From contig MU058687.1 of the NCBI GenBank assembly GCA_013265495.1, positions 5,330,093 to 5,394,092 on the forward strand: DNA of 64,000 bases, given 5' to 3'. The notes under the pieces are model-generated. The model did no database searches and was not told the DNA's origin. It saw only the letters and a program-made list of their open reading frames with translations. Numbering within the stretch: the stretch's first letter is position 1; each line of letters starts with the position of its first letter. Origin of the DNA: Vicugna vicugna. Taxonomy: Eukaryota. Positions 13,443 to 25,271 of the stretch are shown in pieces. The translations under genes and the position numbers were made by a program.

Positions 13443-13582
13443 ACTGTACTGAAGATAGTTGGCCCCATTTGACTTATCTTCCCAGTCACATGCAAGAAAA
13501 AAGAAATAAGCACTCCCCGCTTCTACCCAAGTTTAATGCCTGGGTATCAGAAGAACAGGAGAGAACTAAAGGACAAGGGCAC

Positions 13583-13866
13583 CTTCTGGGTCGGAGCATA
13601 TTCTAACTCAAGAGATCAAGACAGAAAGGTACTTCTGTTCATGATTAGGGCCCTTCCTAGAGAAATGTGGTCCAGTGGAAGTGGGGTTTTCACCAGTCAT
13701 ATTCACGACTCCTCATCCTTGGAGATCAGTGAGAAAGATATGGAAGTGAGCCTGGACAGTCCTTCCAAACCATTCCCTCGCCTCCTGGGAAGGAAAGAAG
13801 TCCTCTCCTTACCGAAATTCACAAAAGGAGAATATGGGACCTTACACTCACATCTCCTCTTCTGGC
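13583..13866 (-). pseudogene. Pseudo-exon (284 bp, phase 2-1)
   Basis: Acceptor cctctcttttttaaag-type tract, donor GAAG|gtgccc; single frame PEEEM*V*GPIFSFCEFR*GEDFFPSQEAREWFGRTVQAHFHIFLTD..., resembling RGS C-terminal helices. Confidence 0.55.
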
Positions 13867-13954
13867 CTTTAAAAAGAGAGGCATCAGCATGAGAAGCTAA
13901 CAGGACAAGTCAGTCTAGAATGTTCAAAACACTGGCTCCATACTGACACATAGA

Positions 13955-14480
13955 TCTATCCATTCATTCATGTGTCAGATACTCAGCCATGTAGGCTAAG
14001 CACCTCTAGGCTCTGTAAATAGAATAGCGAATGAGGTAGTCATGATCCCCGCCCAAACAGGAAGTACAGTGCGATCAGTGGAACAACATAATATGTTACA
14101 ATTGCATCTTCCCTCGTCTAAGTGTTGTGATGCAAGAGCACAGACCGGGAGGTATGTCACACAGTTTTAAGGGACTGGGGGAGGCGGTGGCATTAGGACT
14201 TAGAACCAAAGAGAAAATGTCCGGGTAAAGGGAAGCAAGGTAGGGCAGATGACAGGTGAGAAAGAACCTGGAATGGCAGCTGCTGGTGAGATAAACAGAA
14301 GTTAGAACAAAAGGGCCTTGTAAACAATATAAGGTGTCTGGACTTGTCCTACAAGCTTTGAGGAGTGATTGAAGAACTAATGACATAATCAGACTTCCAT
14401 GTTGAAATGCTCACTCTGCAGCAGGAAGGACTGATTAGAGTAGAGAATACCAGTGGGGCAGGGGCCAATTAAGATCTTCT
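13955..14480 (-). mobile_element. L2 fragment
   Basis: cattcattca tail and reverse L2 body motifs. Confidence 0.6.
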
Positions 14481-14649
14481 TGTGATAAAATAATTGGTGC
14501 TTATTGGCGTGTTAGACACCGAAATAAATCTGCATCCCCTGTGGCCCTTCTATTCAGTTATCCTCACCTCTAATTCCCCAGTCTGTGGGTCACAATGGCC
14601 AGTCCAGGGTAGAAAGAAGTTAGGAAATGCTGTTTGAACTTCACTGAGA

Positions 14650-15155
14650 TGCATCTTTGGCTTCAAATTGCAAAACAAAAGAAATTATTGGCCTTTGTAA
14701 GTAAAAATTGACTTGAAGCATAGCTGGAGCTGGGGTCTTGATGTCATTAGGACTGGGTCTCTGTCCTTCCTTCTCCTTCCATGTCTTAATTCTGCTCTCT
14801 TTCCTGTTGGCATCACCCCCAGTCCAGTGGCCTGCTACGTTAACTCAACGGATGCATCTTCCTAGTTTCATGATCAGTAGGAAAAGTACTTAGATTTTTG
14901 AAACAGTTGCAACAAAAGTCTTCTCATTGGTACAAATTGGATCAAACATCCAACTCTGAACTAACTAATATGGCAAGAAAACAGAATATAATCATTAGGC
15001 TGGGTCTGGTTAAGGTGCTTATCCCTGGAGTAGGGCATAGATCCATCTTGTATAATGTATACTACAAGTGAGGGACAGGTAATTTTTAAAAATAAATCCT
15101 AAGAGTTGTTATTGGAAATAAAGGATATGGATTCTGGACTAACAAAACCAAAAGA
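14650..15155 (-). mobile_element. Old MaLR LTR (MLT1K/L-like)
   Basis: ctcattggtacaaattggatcaaacatccaactctgaac motif. Confidence 0.5.
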
Positions 15156-15599
15156 TGTTTACCCTACATCTTTATTCTTACAACCTGCCAAACACAGATT
15201 TACATAATCAATATGGATTTTTTTCCATTAATAATTTCAGATTGTGGACTAGATTCCTGGACCTTGGGAAAAAGAGGTTAGAAAAGCTTGGGCTCTTTTA
15301 TAAGCAAACCTGGCCTCTTAGCCCAACCAGGCTGTAGCATTATCAGTTGTGTGGCAGCCAGGTAGATTTCATTCAAGGGCAGAGAAGACTGCCAGCTGGT
15401 TATCCTGTGCCCCATTTCAATTTAGGTCTTAAAGAAAAGGATTAGCACCTCAACTAAAACCAGCTTGGCCTCAGGAAGTGAGGCCAAGAGAACAATTAAC
15501 AATACAAACCCCAGGGCTTTGTCTTTCTCATTGGAGAACTCTGCATTTCACGTAGAGCAAGATTTCATTCAAATTCCATTCCCAAAAAGAGCAACTCAG

Positions 15600-15790
15600 T
15601 GACTGAAAGTATCTGTGGGGGATACAAAAATTATCTTGGCCAATTCAATGTCCAAGAGTCTTGGAGTCAGGACTCTGGCCAAAGATGGAAGAAGGCCCTT
15701 TTGGCTGCAGAAGACACCTGGAAATCCAAAAGCAGCAGTGAATACAGTAGAACTCTTGGTGGCTAACACCATGGAATAGCATTACATCAG
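15600..15790 (-). mobile_element. Ancient L2-clade LINE ORF2 fossil (AmnL2-like)
   Basis: Translates RVLLYSLLLLDFQVSSAAKRAFFHL / ARVLTPRLLDIELAKII, matching the post-RT L2-clade motif GVLLD..L....QV..VA..AF.HL. Confidence 0.55.
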
Positions 15791-16225
15791 ATTCCAATGT
15801 GTCTTCTCTCCAGCTACTCCTCTTTGGCCAAAGAATCATGAAGTTACAATGGAAAGAATGACTTTTCTCTAGTATATCCTATAATTGGAATTTTGGACAA
15901 TGGACCAGAACTTGGCATCACAATTCTTTGTTTGTTTGTTTTAACAGTGGATATCCATCTTTTCTGCCTGCCTTAAGTCTATTTCCCTTTATTGTACTAA
16001 TACATCCATCTCCGTGGTTCAGGTGACATTCCAGGGATGAATATGTAGCCCTGGCCTGAGAAAACACTTTGGCCACAGTGATTGGTTCATTGATGAGTAT
16101 GTGTCCTAATTAATGAGATCAGTGAGAGTCAAACCAAAGAAGTTCTGACTGGGGATCCTTCAATAATAAGCAATTTTACCCACGTAAAACCTGGCACCAT
16201 TCTGGAACTCTGAAGGCAATGGTTT

Positions 16226-16768
16226 TGTTTCAGTTATCTACTGCTGCCTAACAATCTCCCAAAACTTAGTGGCTTAAAAAAGAAATTGTCTTATTTGCTC
16301 ATGATTGTATGAGTCAGGAATTCTGGCAGACAGAGAAGGGATGGCTTATCTATGCTTCCTAATGTCTGGAGCTGTCAGTTGGTGGGCTCAAATGGTGAGG
16401 GATGGCTGAACAGGGGCCAAGCATTTGGCACTTTGGTTCCAACTATTATCCAGATTCCTCAGTGGCCTCTGTATGTGACTAGCCTGGGCTTCCTCACGGT
16501 ATGGTAGGCTCAAGGTAGTAACATTTCTTTCATGACAACTGGGTTCCAAAAAAGAATATTCCAACAGAACAAGACATTGAACATCCAACATTGGTAGAAA
16601 CACTTATTAATCCTCTACCTGAATCTTGATTTCTGATAGTTTTTTGGCTAAAGCAAGTCATGTTGTTAAGCCCAGGGTCTGTATGGAGGGCGCTAAAGTA
16701 AGAGTATGAATATTGAGACATGAAATTCAACTGTGAGGAGGGGGAACTAACACATCATGTCTACTACA
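16226..16768 (-). mobile_element. MaLR solo LTR (MLT1F/G-like)
   Basis: cagttatctactgctgcctaacaa…aaaacttagtggcttaaa…ctgggcttcctcac…ctactaca. Confidence 0.75.
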
Positions 16769-17316
16769 GGCTTGGACACTGAATTTCTCACAAAGAAATG
16801 ACCCGTCAAGCTGCTTCTTGGAGACCATAGACCGGTTTTCAATTAGGAAAGAAAAAGCATAGCGGTCACAAACTATTGCTGCTGCTAACAGGTCGCCTTG
16901 TACAAGGAAAGCTTCTCCTTGGGAACTTAGGAGAAATAACCACAGGATACCATGAGGGGTACGAGTTTCCTCCTTGGTGTCCTTGTAATGTGGTTGTAAA
17001 TGGAAATGTGACTTCCCCTTCTAGTTAAAATCTGGTGAAGTCTGAACTTAGGACTTACAGAGAATAACAATATGTGGACTTTTAAAGCCCAGACTATCTC
17101 CTTAGCTTTCGTCCAATTTCTCCACATGACATTTGAGTCACATATAACCAGCGGTTCCTGTACTATTTTAAAGCAAGCTAACAAATAGAATATATATGCT
17201 CCTTTATGAGAAAGGATAAAATTTCAAAAAATTATCATGAAAACTTCTATCACAGTGAGTCAGCTATACTATAACTTATCAAAGTATTTTCCTTTTCTCA
17301 TTAGCCCAGTGTAGGT

Positions 17317-17823
17317 TGTCTTAGTCAGAGTTCTTAAGAGAAACAGAACCAAAAGGATAGATACATACAGATACAGATTTATTATGAGAGATTGGTGTGT
17401 GCAATTATAGAGTCTGAGAAGTCCCACCATCTGCCACCTGCAAAAGCCAGTGGTGTAGTTCTAGTCCAAACCCAAAAGCCTGAGAACTAGGGAAGTCAAT
17501 GGTATAAAGTCCTGGTCTGAGTCTGAAGGCCCAGGGAGTAGGAGCACTGATGTTTGAGGCAGAAGATGGATGTCCCAGCTCAAGCAGAGAACAAATTTGC
17601 CCTTCCCCTACCTTTTTGTTCTACTTAGGCCCTCAGTGGATTAGACAATGTCCACCAGCATTGGTGATCTGCTTACTCAGTCCAAATGTTAATCTCCTCT
17701 AGAAACACACCCAGATACAGACACACCCCAAAACACTCACAAACACACCCAGATATAATATTGTACCAGCTATCTGGGCACCCCTTAGCCTAATCAAGCT
17801 AACACATAAAATTAACCATCTCA
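17317..17823 (-). mobile_element. ERVL solo LTR (MLT2B-like)
   Basis: tgtcttagtcagagttctt…gagaaacagaacc…acacataaaattaaccatc. Confidence 0.85.
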
Positions 17824-18175
17824 TTCACCAGTGCTACAAAATCTACTTTTCTAAGAGGAAATACTTCCAAATGGATTTGATTTAGAAGGTTATTATCTGT
17901 CCCTTGCCTTTAACTTCTTTCACCAACAAAAGGAAACTCAAAGTTGATCTCCCCTCCTAGTTAATGGCGACAATGGCAGATTTCTTTGATAAAACCAAAA
18001 CATTAATTAACAGCTAAAACGGGAAGGGAAGATGAATCTCATTTGATGATATTAGTGCGTGTTTCAAAGACATTCCTCAAGGAAAAGTAGTCGGCTTGGT
18101 ACAGAGACATCCCATTAAGGGGAAATACCAAGAAGAAAGTGCGCCCATCTCCACGTGGGAGAAGAGAAGGCTGAC

Positions 18176-18310
18176 CTTTTCTATAGAAAATAACTTTGCT
18201 CTCTTATTCTTTGCATCTGGCCAACTCTCTTCTACGACTCAGCTAGGCTGAATGTCAACCACTTGATTTGTTCTAACTCAATCGGACCACAATGAAGGAG
18301 TACAACTGTT
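18176..18310 (-). pseudogene. Pseudo-exon (135 bp, phase 2-2; may extend further 3')
   Basis: Acceptor gatatttatcag|, donor AAAG|gtcagc; TVVLLHCGPIELEQIKWLTFSLAES*KRVGQMQRIREQSYFL*K is phase-compatible with the 13866 exon. Confidence 0.45.
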
Positions 18311-18780
18311 CTGATAAATATCAAAACTTCTCCTATTAATATCTACCCTCTTTAGCATTAAAAAAGCCTTTGACTTTAATTAGTCAGCCATCAAATTTTT
18401 ATTTCACGTCTAGTATATGCGTCTAGGTTCCAGGACTACCAGTGGGATGAAGACAACATCCATGCTTAAGGACTTACAATTATGTGTGCAGGAGGGGCAA
18501 GGAGTGAAGAGAAATACAGTAAACACACAAATAATAAGATTTTATGTACTGATTAGTGTTCTGAAGAAAATAAAATGGTGCTATAAGAGCAAATGATTAA
18601 GGGAAGGAAGATGAAATGGTTTATAAGATGACAAGGACTTGGGTAAAGGAAGATAAAGTTGCTTTAGCTAAGATAGTGGGACTTACCATTCTGAGATCAA
18701 GGGGTTGGTAAATGCTAGTGAGAGGTCACAAATGGACAGTCTGGGACTAGCATCTAAGTCATCTGACTCCACACGTTTTA

Positions 18781-19443
18781 CAGTGACTGTGTAATTTATT
18801 GTTGTTACGACTTTGTTAAATTTACGTCTGTTAAATGGAACACTGGGTGCCAGATGCTGAGCCACAGTTCAACAACTGGCCACCAGGGAAAATGAAGTAG
18901 ACAAGTGTGTCACTCACAGGTCCTGGAGGGGCCGCACAGGGAAGTCCCGGCAGAGCACAGACAGCGGGAGCTGCAGGACCTGGGGCACATGTCTTTAATA
19001 GCATTCACGGGTGGAGTGTTTTCGGGTTCCCAGGCTAGAACCAGACTGGTCAATGCAAACCAAAAGAGCAGGATTTTGGTCAGTCCCACAGGGGTCTTAT
19101 CTACGGGACGCGTGGGCATACAGGTGCTGGGAGGCAGCCGAGATTGTGGATCACAAGTCTCTTGGGGAAGTCATATCAAGGGCTCACATTTGCTTGTGCC
19201 TCTGTGGCTGCTGTCTGGAGCGTGTGTTCGCAAGAGGGGCTACTGTCAGTTTAAGGTCCCGGCAGGCTGCTTGGCCAAACAGAACAGAAGCTGAGGCAAC
19301 AATATTGTGCAGTAGCTTAGCTCAACTTTCAACAACTGTCCAAACAGGGACACTTCTGAGAGTGAAAGAGGATCTATTAATTACTTCAAGGCAATAGGCA
19401 CACATGCTACTGTCTTGGGTGAGCAAAGACATGCAGCCACACT
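18781..19443 (+). mobile_element. MER94-like hAT MITE split by the LTR
   Basis: cagtgactgtgtaatttattgt … ccaaacagggacacttctgagagtgaaag. Confidence 0.65.
18803..19334 (-). mobile_element. ERVL-type solo LTR (MER54/MER74/MER88-like)
   Basis: TG…CA termini with a 5-bp TSD (attgt / actgt, one mismatch); splits a MER94. Confidence 0.7.
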
Positions 19444-19765
19444 AAATTTAGTGAAGCAAAATACTCTGGTATCATTCTTCATAAAATATTAAGAATGGCA
19501 GTCGTGATAATAGCTTAAATGTGGCATTTACCTCTGGAGGTATTTAGGTTCTTCCACATACATTATCTAGCTGATTTTCTTAAGGAAAAGAGAATGTGTC
19601 ACAAATAAGAGAGTTGTTCCAGATAAAAAGACAAAATAATTCACAAAGATTTCATGACACACCCTTACATTTTACAAATACAATGTGAAAACTTTAGAGG
19701 CCCTATTTAAATTAAATACAAAGGATTGCAAAGGGAATAAATAGCAACATAAAATTAGCATTTAC

Positions 19766-20247
19766 TATGCACATAATGAACACCAGGCAGTGCTAGGTTC
19801 TGGGAGAGCAAGATGAATAGAAGGCCATTGCCCTGGAGAAACCCTATTCAGACAGCTAAAGAACACGGCCTGCAGGTTAAGAATATTTGCTATGTGTCGA
19901 AAATAAAGACCGTGAGTGGTTTCTGCCTTTTGTTTCCTCCATGTTTGTATAACCCCAAAGCGGGAAGGCTTCAGCCGCGCTGGGTGTGCACTGCTGACCG
20001 GCCACTTGTGCCGCTGTTCCCGCTGTGTCTGTGAGTTCCTGCAAAAGGAACACAATGATTCCATGACTTTCTTCTTCACGGTGATGTTTGAAGACAAAAG
20101 AGATACAGAGGTGAACACTGTTGTGAGAAAGCTGTCTGGGGACAATGTTTGGGCATGACAACCTCTCTGGTCTTATTCCTTTCTTCTCTGTCTTTGAGAA
20201 CAACCAGTATCTACCTCTAGATTCCCTGTCCACTATGAAACCCGAGC
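19766..20247 (-). pseudogene. Candidate pseudo-exon
   Basis: Acceptor tttgtccctaag|; two long overlapping minus ORFs (19877-20233, 19765-20145) with FKHHREEESHGIIVFLLQEL and ILNLQAVFFSCL; locally GC/CpG-richer. Confidence 0.45.
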
Positions 20248-20974
20248 CTTAGGGACAAATTTGATGTATATCTAATTGAATCAGTTGGCTTCTTGTCCCT
20301 GATTTCAAAACTTCCTACTGATTGCTAAAGGAAGGTTTTGTTCCTGGTTGGAGGAATTTCAGAAATCTTGGCGAGACGAAGAAGGGGGAGTTCTGGGAGG
20401 CAAGGTGCCTATTCTGATGAGATGTAAAGCCTGGCAGAAGGGAAAGTTGAATCCAAGATATCCCAGACCAAAAAGAAAAAAAGCATTCTAATACCTTAAA
20501 GATTCTGAGAGATGGTCATGCCTTTTAGGAGATGGGTATGGGATGGGAGTGGTGGTGGAGAGGTGAAAGGAAATCAGTGTTGACATTGTGAATAATCCCA
20601 TTTTCTCCTCTTTGCGACCACTGTTAATGTAGCAGCTGGTTCCAAAACTTTTCAAAGTCACTCAGCAAGCTGGCTTGGCTAATAAATTAGGAGCTATAAA
20701 AATCCGGTATTTGTTTTCCAAGAAAGCAATAGGAACCCAAACTCAGGAGACATTTTCCCTCATTCATTCCTTACTGACAGGAGACAATGAACTGAGACCT
20801 CCAGGGCAGCTGGGGAACAGCCTGCCACAACCTGTAAACCCAGAGGCTTCACGTTCAAAAATGATCTTTGTCACTAGCCTGGCCTGAACTCCTGCACGTT
20901 ACATAACACAGTTCCCTCACACGTAAGTTGGCAAAACAGTAGAAATTCAATCAGAGGGTGGCTGTAAAGATTTT

Positions 20975-21290
20975 TGTTAAGCCAAGTGCAACAGTGAACG
21001 TGCACTGAGAAAAGTCAATACGGATTTGTCAATTGGCTGGAAATGAAAGAGAGCCACAGTGGGAAGACTCTTGTGAGTCGTAACCTGCCCAGTCTTCCAC
21101 CTCTGTGAAGTAACAGCCAGTACAGTGGGAGAGGATGGTCTAATAAACATCCTGAAGGTTGTACTTCTTCCTTGCAAATCACTCAAATGAGACCTCCCAG
21201 GTGGAGGCAGATGAGAGGAACCCCATTGCCAAAAGAAGGGGGCAGATTTGCGGGATAGAAAAGGAGCTCAAAACACAACCAAAACATTTG
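20975..21290 (-). pseudogene. Candidate pseudo-exon (boundaries approximate)
   Basis: Frame reads STWEVSFE*FARKKYNLQDVY*TILSHCTGCYFTEVEDW, with RGS-like 'F..F...EVE.W' spacing. Confidence 0.35.
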
Positions 21291-21319
21291 TTTCCATGCC
21301 TCCATGATATCTACCTTTA

Positions 21320-21700
21320 TTCATTCACTCTTTCATGCATTCATTCATTAAAACAGTGATTTTTTTATTGAGCTTCCACGCTGGGCCAGACATTGTTTTG
21401 GGCATGTGAACTCAAGACCCCGTTCCTGCCATCAAGTTTACAACGCAGTGGAAGAAGCCATAATTCAGTGATATGAGTGTCTTGCCCAGGAAGATGAAAG
21501 GATGCTGTGGGAACCCAGCAGAGGAATGCCTAGCTAGAACATCTGCAGGGAGGATCAGGTAAGCCTTCCAGAGGAGGTGATGTCTAACCTGAAAATGGAA
21601 GACGTGAGTTAGTCTAGCAAAAGTTTCAGGAATAAGCAGTGCTAGGAGAAGCTTTCAGGAAGGGGAACCGTGTGCCCAGAGGCTCAGAGACCTTTGTAGA
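21320..21700 (-). mobile_element. L2 3' fragment
   Basis: tcattcatt…tttattgagc…ggccagacattgttttggg. Confidence 0.7.
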
Positions 21701-22048
21701 TTGGCCCCTACAAGGTAAGCAATGTACTAGATGCAATGTGATACATTAAGATGAGCAAGCTACTATTCTAGGAAGCCAAGAACATAAACCTAACAAATAA
21801 GATGGCTTCAAAAATCGATATAAGGCAAAGCATAATTAATATGCTAAAGATCTCTTAGGTTTGGCTGCCTGAGTTGGCTCAGTCCTCCAGCCCATCCTCT
21901 CCCACATCTCCCACCCCCAAGAAACTAAACTAGTTTTTAGGATAAGTGCTCACCAAGCAACTGTTTCATAGATGATTTTCCTCTTCCAATGCTTATGATA
22001 GCATAACAAGGAGGAAGAATTAGAGTCATTCTGTATTTGTAGACACAC

Positions 22049-23500
22049 CTGAAATACGACCACTTCAGCGGTTAAAAGAAAGCCCTATTGGACCTCAATG
22101 AGTCAACATTGATTTACTCTGTCTAATCAGTTCAGCAATCTGAGCTTCTAAGACTACACCACTGTGTCCTCTTATTCGGTATTTATTCTCGACTATCTTA
22201 TCTTGTAATAGTGACAACAGTGATGTATACCGACCAGAGCACGTTGAAAAGGCCCCCTTGTGGGAAGAGCCAGTGGCCCCTAACTTTTGTATTCCCTGCT
22301 CAGTAACTAACACAGAGACATACATTTTGGCAAACATTTGTTCACTCATTAATGACTTGACCTAGGCCATGAGAGAGCCTGAGAATAAAGAAGAAAGAGT
22401 AAATATTTGAAAGGTGCAAACACCAAGGAGGAAAGGTAAGCCACTGGTTGTGATTTAAGGACACAGAGCAAGAGGTACAACTGACCTGGGAAACTGGCTC
22501 CTGAATGTCCAGGAATGCTTTCATTCTGATGGGCAGGGACTATCCTCCCCAAGAATTGCTAAAACCCTTTGGGCCCTCTAGGTGCTGCTTGGCCTTGAGG
22601 AACACTGGAGAAGAAGTCTCAAGGAATACTGTGGTCTTTCTCTGGCCCCGGCTAAATGGAGCATCTGACCTGGTTTTGTATTTCCCATCTCATATTCCAG
22701 TATGATTCAGCTGACCTGGAGCTTCAGTGAAATGCTGTCTGCCTGAACCCTGGTGTCCTGCCTCATGGCCTGAGGCCTAGCTGCCAAGTCACCATGGCCA
22801 CTTGGATTCCTAGCCTTCTGGTTTTCCCTTGTCAGAATCTGGTCATGTAATAAAGTGCAGCCTCTGCTCTCCTGGCAGCTTACAGTATCTGCTCCATTTC
22901 ACTTGCATTTACTCCACGCACTTTTGACAGGTCATCCTCTGCATGAAACCACAGTTGAAAGTGGCATCTGCTGAGGCTCTGAAGGGCTCTCTCTGGGAAT
23001 GAAAGAGAAGCCAACAACAAACAAAACACACCCTTGAAGTAGAGCATTTAGGGGCAGTGTCCCTGGTTGGGATGTCCTCTCTCTGCCGTGTCACTATCTT
23101 TGTTCTGCTTATTTTGGCTTCTTCCCAAGTAGATGCTAACTGATCAGTGAAAAGCAACAGGAGGAGGGACATACTAGAGAGCTTAAGGAGTATGCAGTCT
23201 GGCTTATGGCCTCTGAATATATGGGAAGTGGCTTCATAGCTACATTTCAAAACAGGTATCATCTTGGTTGATCCAGATTCTCCTTTGAAGTGTTGTAGAA
23301 AGACTATGGGCTTTCAGCTTCACCTACTAGTAGTTGGAAAGTTATATCCCTGCTTATAAGAGGAGTATGTAGTCCTTACTTGAGAATCAGAATGTCAGCC
23401 CTGCATTTCAGAACACTCTTCAACAGAGGAAAGTCATTCCCATTTCTACACTCCAGTCGCCCATCATTATAAGGGTTCTAAACATCACTCCACCTTGTCA
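22049..23500 (-). pseudogene. Coding-like block (one to three pseudo-exons, boundaries uncertain)
   Basis: Overlapping ORFs 22909-23262 and 22095-22349. Peptides VFLQHFKGESGSTKMIPVLKC and ALQSLSRCHFQLWFHAEDD resemble RGS helices. A probable ~107-bp internal intron ends at tctttattctcag (~22379). Confidence 0.45.
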
Positions 23501-24139
23501 TCCCAGCAGTTAAGGTAACAACTAAACAAGAGCGTATCTTAGAAAAATACAGAATATTCTAGGCAAGTCTAAATGTGTACTGTTGAGATAAGGGATTCTA
23601 CCATTGCTAGAGAAGTTATAAAAAAAAATAAAAAGCTTTCCCCATGATCATAGATTTGTTTTCCTAAGCTAAAATTGTTATTTGAAATACAAGTATCCAA
23701 AATATAAATGCCGATTCCTTTGTGGCCAGGTTGTGACGAAGGTAGTTAAGTCTGGCATTAGTACTCTCCTTGGGGTTGTTGATTTTGTCACTAGGAATGG
23801 CTGAGTTGCCAAGCTCACCCAGGATTAGAAGTGTTTCCAAACCGCCTCAGTGTGCACACAGGTCAGAATCTATACCCGTGGGACAGCTGGCTCTTAACTG
23901 CAACACTTAATCGGGTTCCTCTGGGGCACTGCCATGTCACAGGTTCATGAACATCATTATCAAGCCTGATTTTTGTCCTGTGGTTGCAACAATGGACGTT
24001 TGACCTACTATATGTTTTAACTCTCAGAACCAAACACCAAAAACCATGTCTTTTATTTTTTGTCTGTTTTTCAGGTGAGAATCTTTGGGAACATGGCCTG
24101 GACCTTGGGGCTTTTTTTTCTAATCTTTTTGGTAAAATA

Positions 24140-24157
24140 TGACCTTGACCTTGACAT
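24140..24157 (-). promoter_or_regulatory. DR0 nuclear-receptor element (TCAAGGTCAAGGTCA)
   Basis: Plus strand TGACCT-TGACCT-TGACAT; matches GCNF DR0 and ERR/NR5A extended half-sites. Motif only, function not shown. Confidence 0.35.
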
Positions 24158-24267
24158 TTCCTGGTCCCCTGTCACATACGCTCTCCTTGGCATGGGGAGG
24201 TAATCACCAGATTCTTTGACTGGGGACGTTCAAGGTTAACACGGGGAGCATAAGGGGTGGTACTTAC

Positions 24268-24439
24268 AAATCACAGGACTGTTCAAATTCAAACCCCAGG
24301 AAGGAATGGACAGAGGAAAGAGAGCTCTGTCCTCTGCTAACCTTATCCCTTCCCAATGACACGGCAGCTTGAGTCACTGAAAATACGAATTCTATGTCTT
24401 CGTGGAGCACAGCCACAATCTCCAGTTCTTCCTCGACAT
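24268..24439 (-). pseudogene. Pseudo-exon (172 bp, phase 1-2), still open
   Basis: Acceptor tagcag|, donor TTT|gtaagt; in-phase continuation DVEEELEIVAVLHEDIEFVFSV... (ORF 24264-24452). Confidence 0.5.
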
Positions 24440-24675
24440 CTGCTAGTAACAACTACCTCCTATACTTCAGGCACATTTTAAATTTTATTTTTACAAAGAA
24501 GACAAGGAAGCTAGTGATTGGGGTGTCAGAGCAGTAAGTGGCTAGTCTGGCAGTCAAGCCCTGACGTCTTTCGTCGCGAGGCAGGAGAGCGAAGAGGTAA
24601 AGCTGGGGGCTGGAGGCTGGAGTGTTCAGTGCTCTGAAGGCTCCTCTCCAGCCAAACGCCTGCCTATAGATTTAC

Positions 24676-24906
24676 CTGCGGAAAATAGTCCAACTTTAGA
24701 TAGGATGAAGCATGGAGTGCTATACTGTGGGGAGCTACACGTGGAGGAGGGGAAGAGGACAGGGAGGGGCAGTGGGGTGGGGGTGCTGTGTGTGACGTCT
24801 TGGACTACTCCTGTTCTAAAGGCACCTGGGAACATCTGATGACAAGTACCGCCCTCCCATTGCACCTCATGCTGGAACCCAGGAAACAGAGCTGGCCGAA
24901 TTATTG
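24676..24906 (-). pseudogene. Pseudo-exon (231 bp, phase 1-1), still open
   Basis: Acceptor catgtcttgctag|, donor GCAG|gtaaat; lies in ORF 24626-24913 with no stop. Confidence 0.5.
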
Positions 24907-24981
24907 CTAGCAAGACATGTGATGTATGGGGATGAAATCAAAAATGATTTTAAGAAAATTCCTCTTAATTCATAAAAGAAC

Positions 24982-25271
24982 CTTCAGGACTTCTTAAGTG
25001 GAAAGAGCAAATAAATGAAAGTGACTGCTAAGAAAGCTATCAGGTATGGTATAGCCTCTCAGATAGACATGGTCTCTTTGGTTAACAGTAAAAGAGCTCT
25101 GTCTCCTTCCCAGGGGACAGTCAGAACACAGGTGGAAATCAGAGAGATGGAGAGTTGATGGGACTGCTGAAAAGTGTGCTAATCCTTTACTCCATTACAC
25201 AGTCACCAGGGGACTAATTTAGGCATTTTTTCGCTATGTCACTGACTTTCTTCCTCTTTATTGTATTATCC
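24982..25271 (-). pseudogene. Candidate pseudo-exon
   Basis: Acceptor tattttctgaatag|, weak donor GAAG|gttctt, 75-bp intron to the next exon; non-repetitive, coding-like sequence. Confidence 0.35.

Noticed and set aside
13536..13892. 118-aa plus-strand ORF
   Set aside because: Antisense shadow of pseudo-exon 13583-13866; no recognisable homology or splice context.
18686..18785. Minus-strand exon-like unit with a strong ATG|gtaagt donor
   Set aside because: The sequence is MIR-derived (tggagtcagatgac…); probably a cryptic site.
19960..20036. GC-rich plus-strand 'first exon' with a gtgagt donor
   Set aside because: Better explained as the antisense of a minus-strand pseudo-exon (two long minus ORFs with RGS-like peptides).
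24093..24203. Plus-strand signal-peptide-like ORF MAWTLGLFFLIFL after a ttttcag acceptor
   Set aside because: Only 36 codons, weak donor, and no downstream plus-strand coding exons found to continue it.
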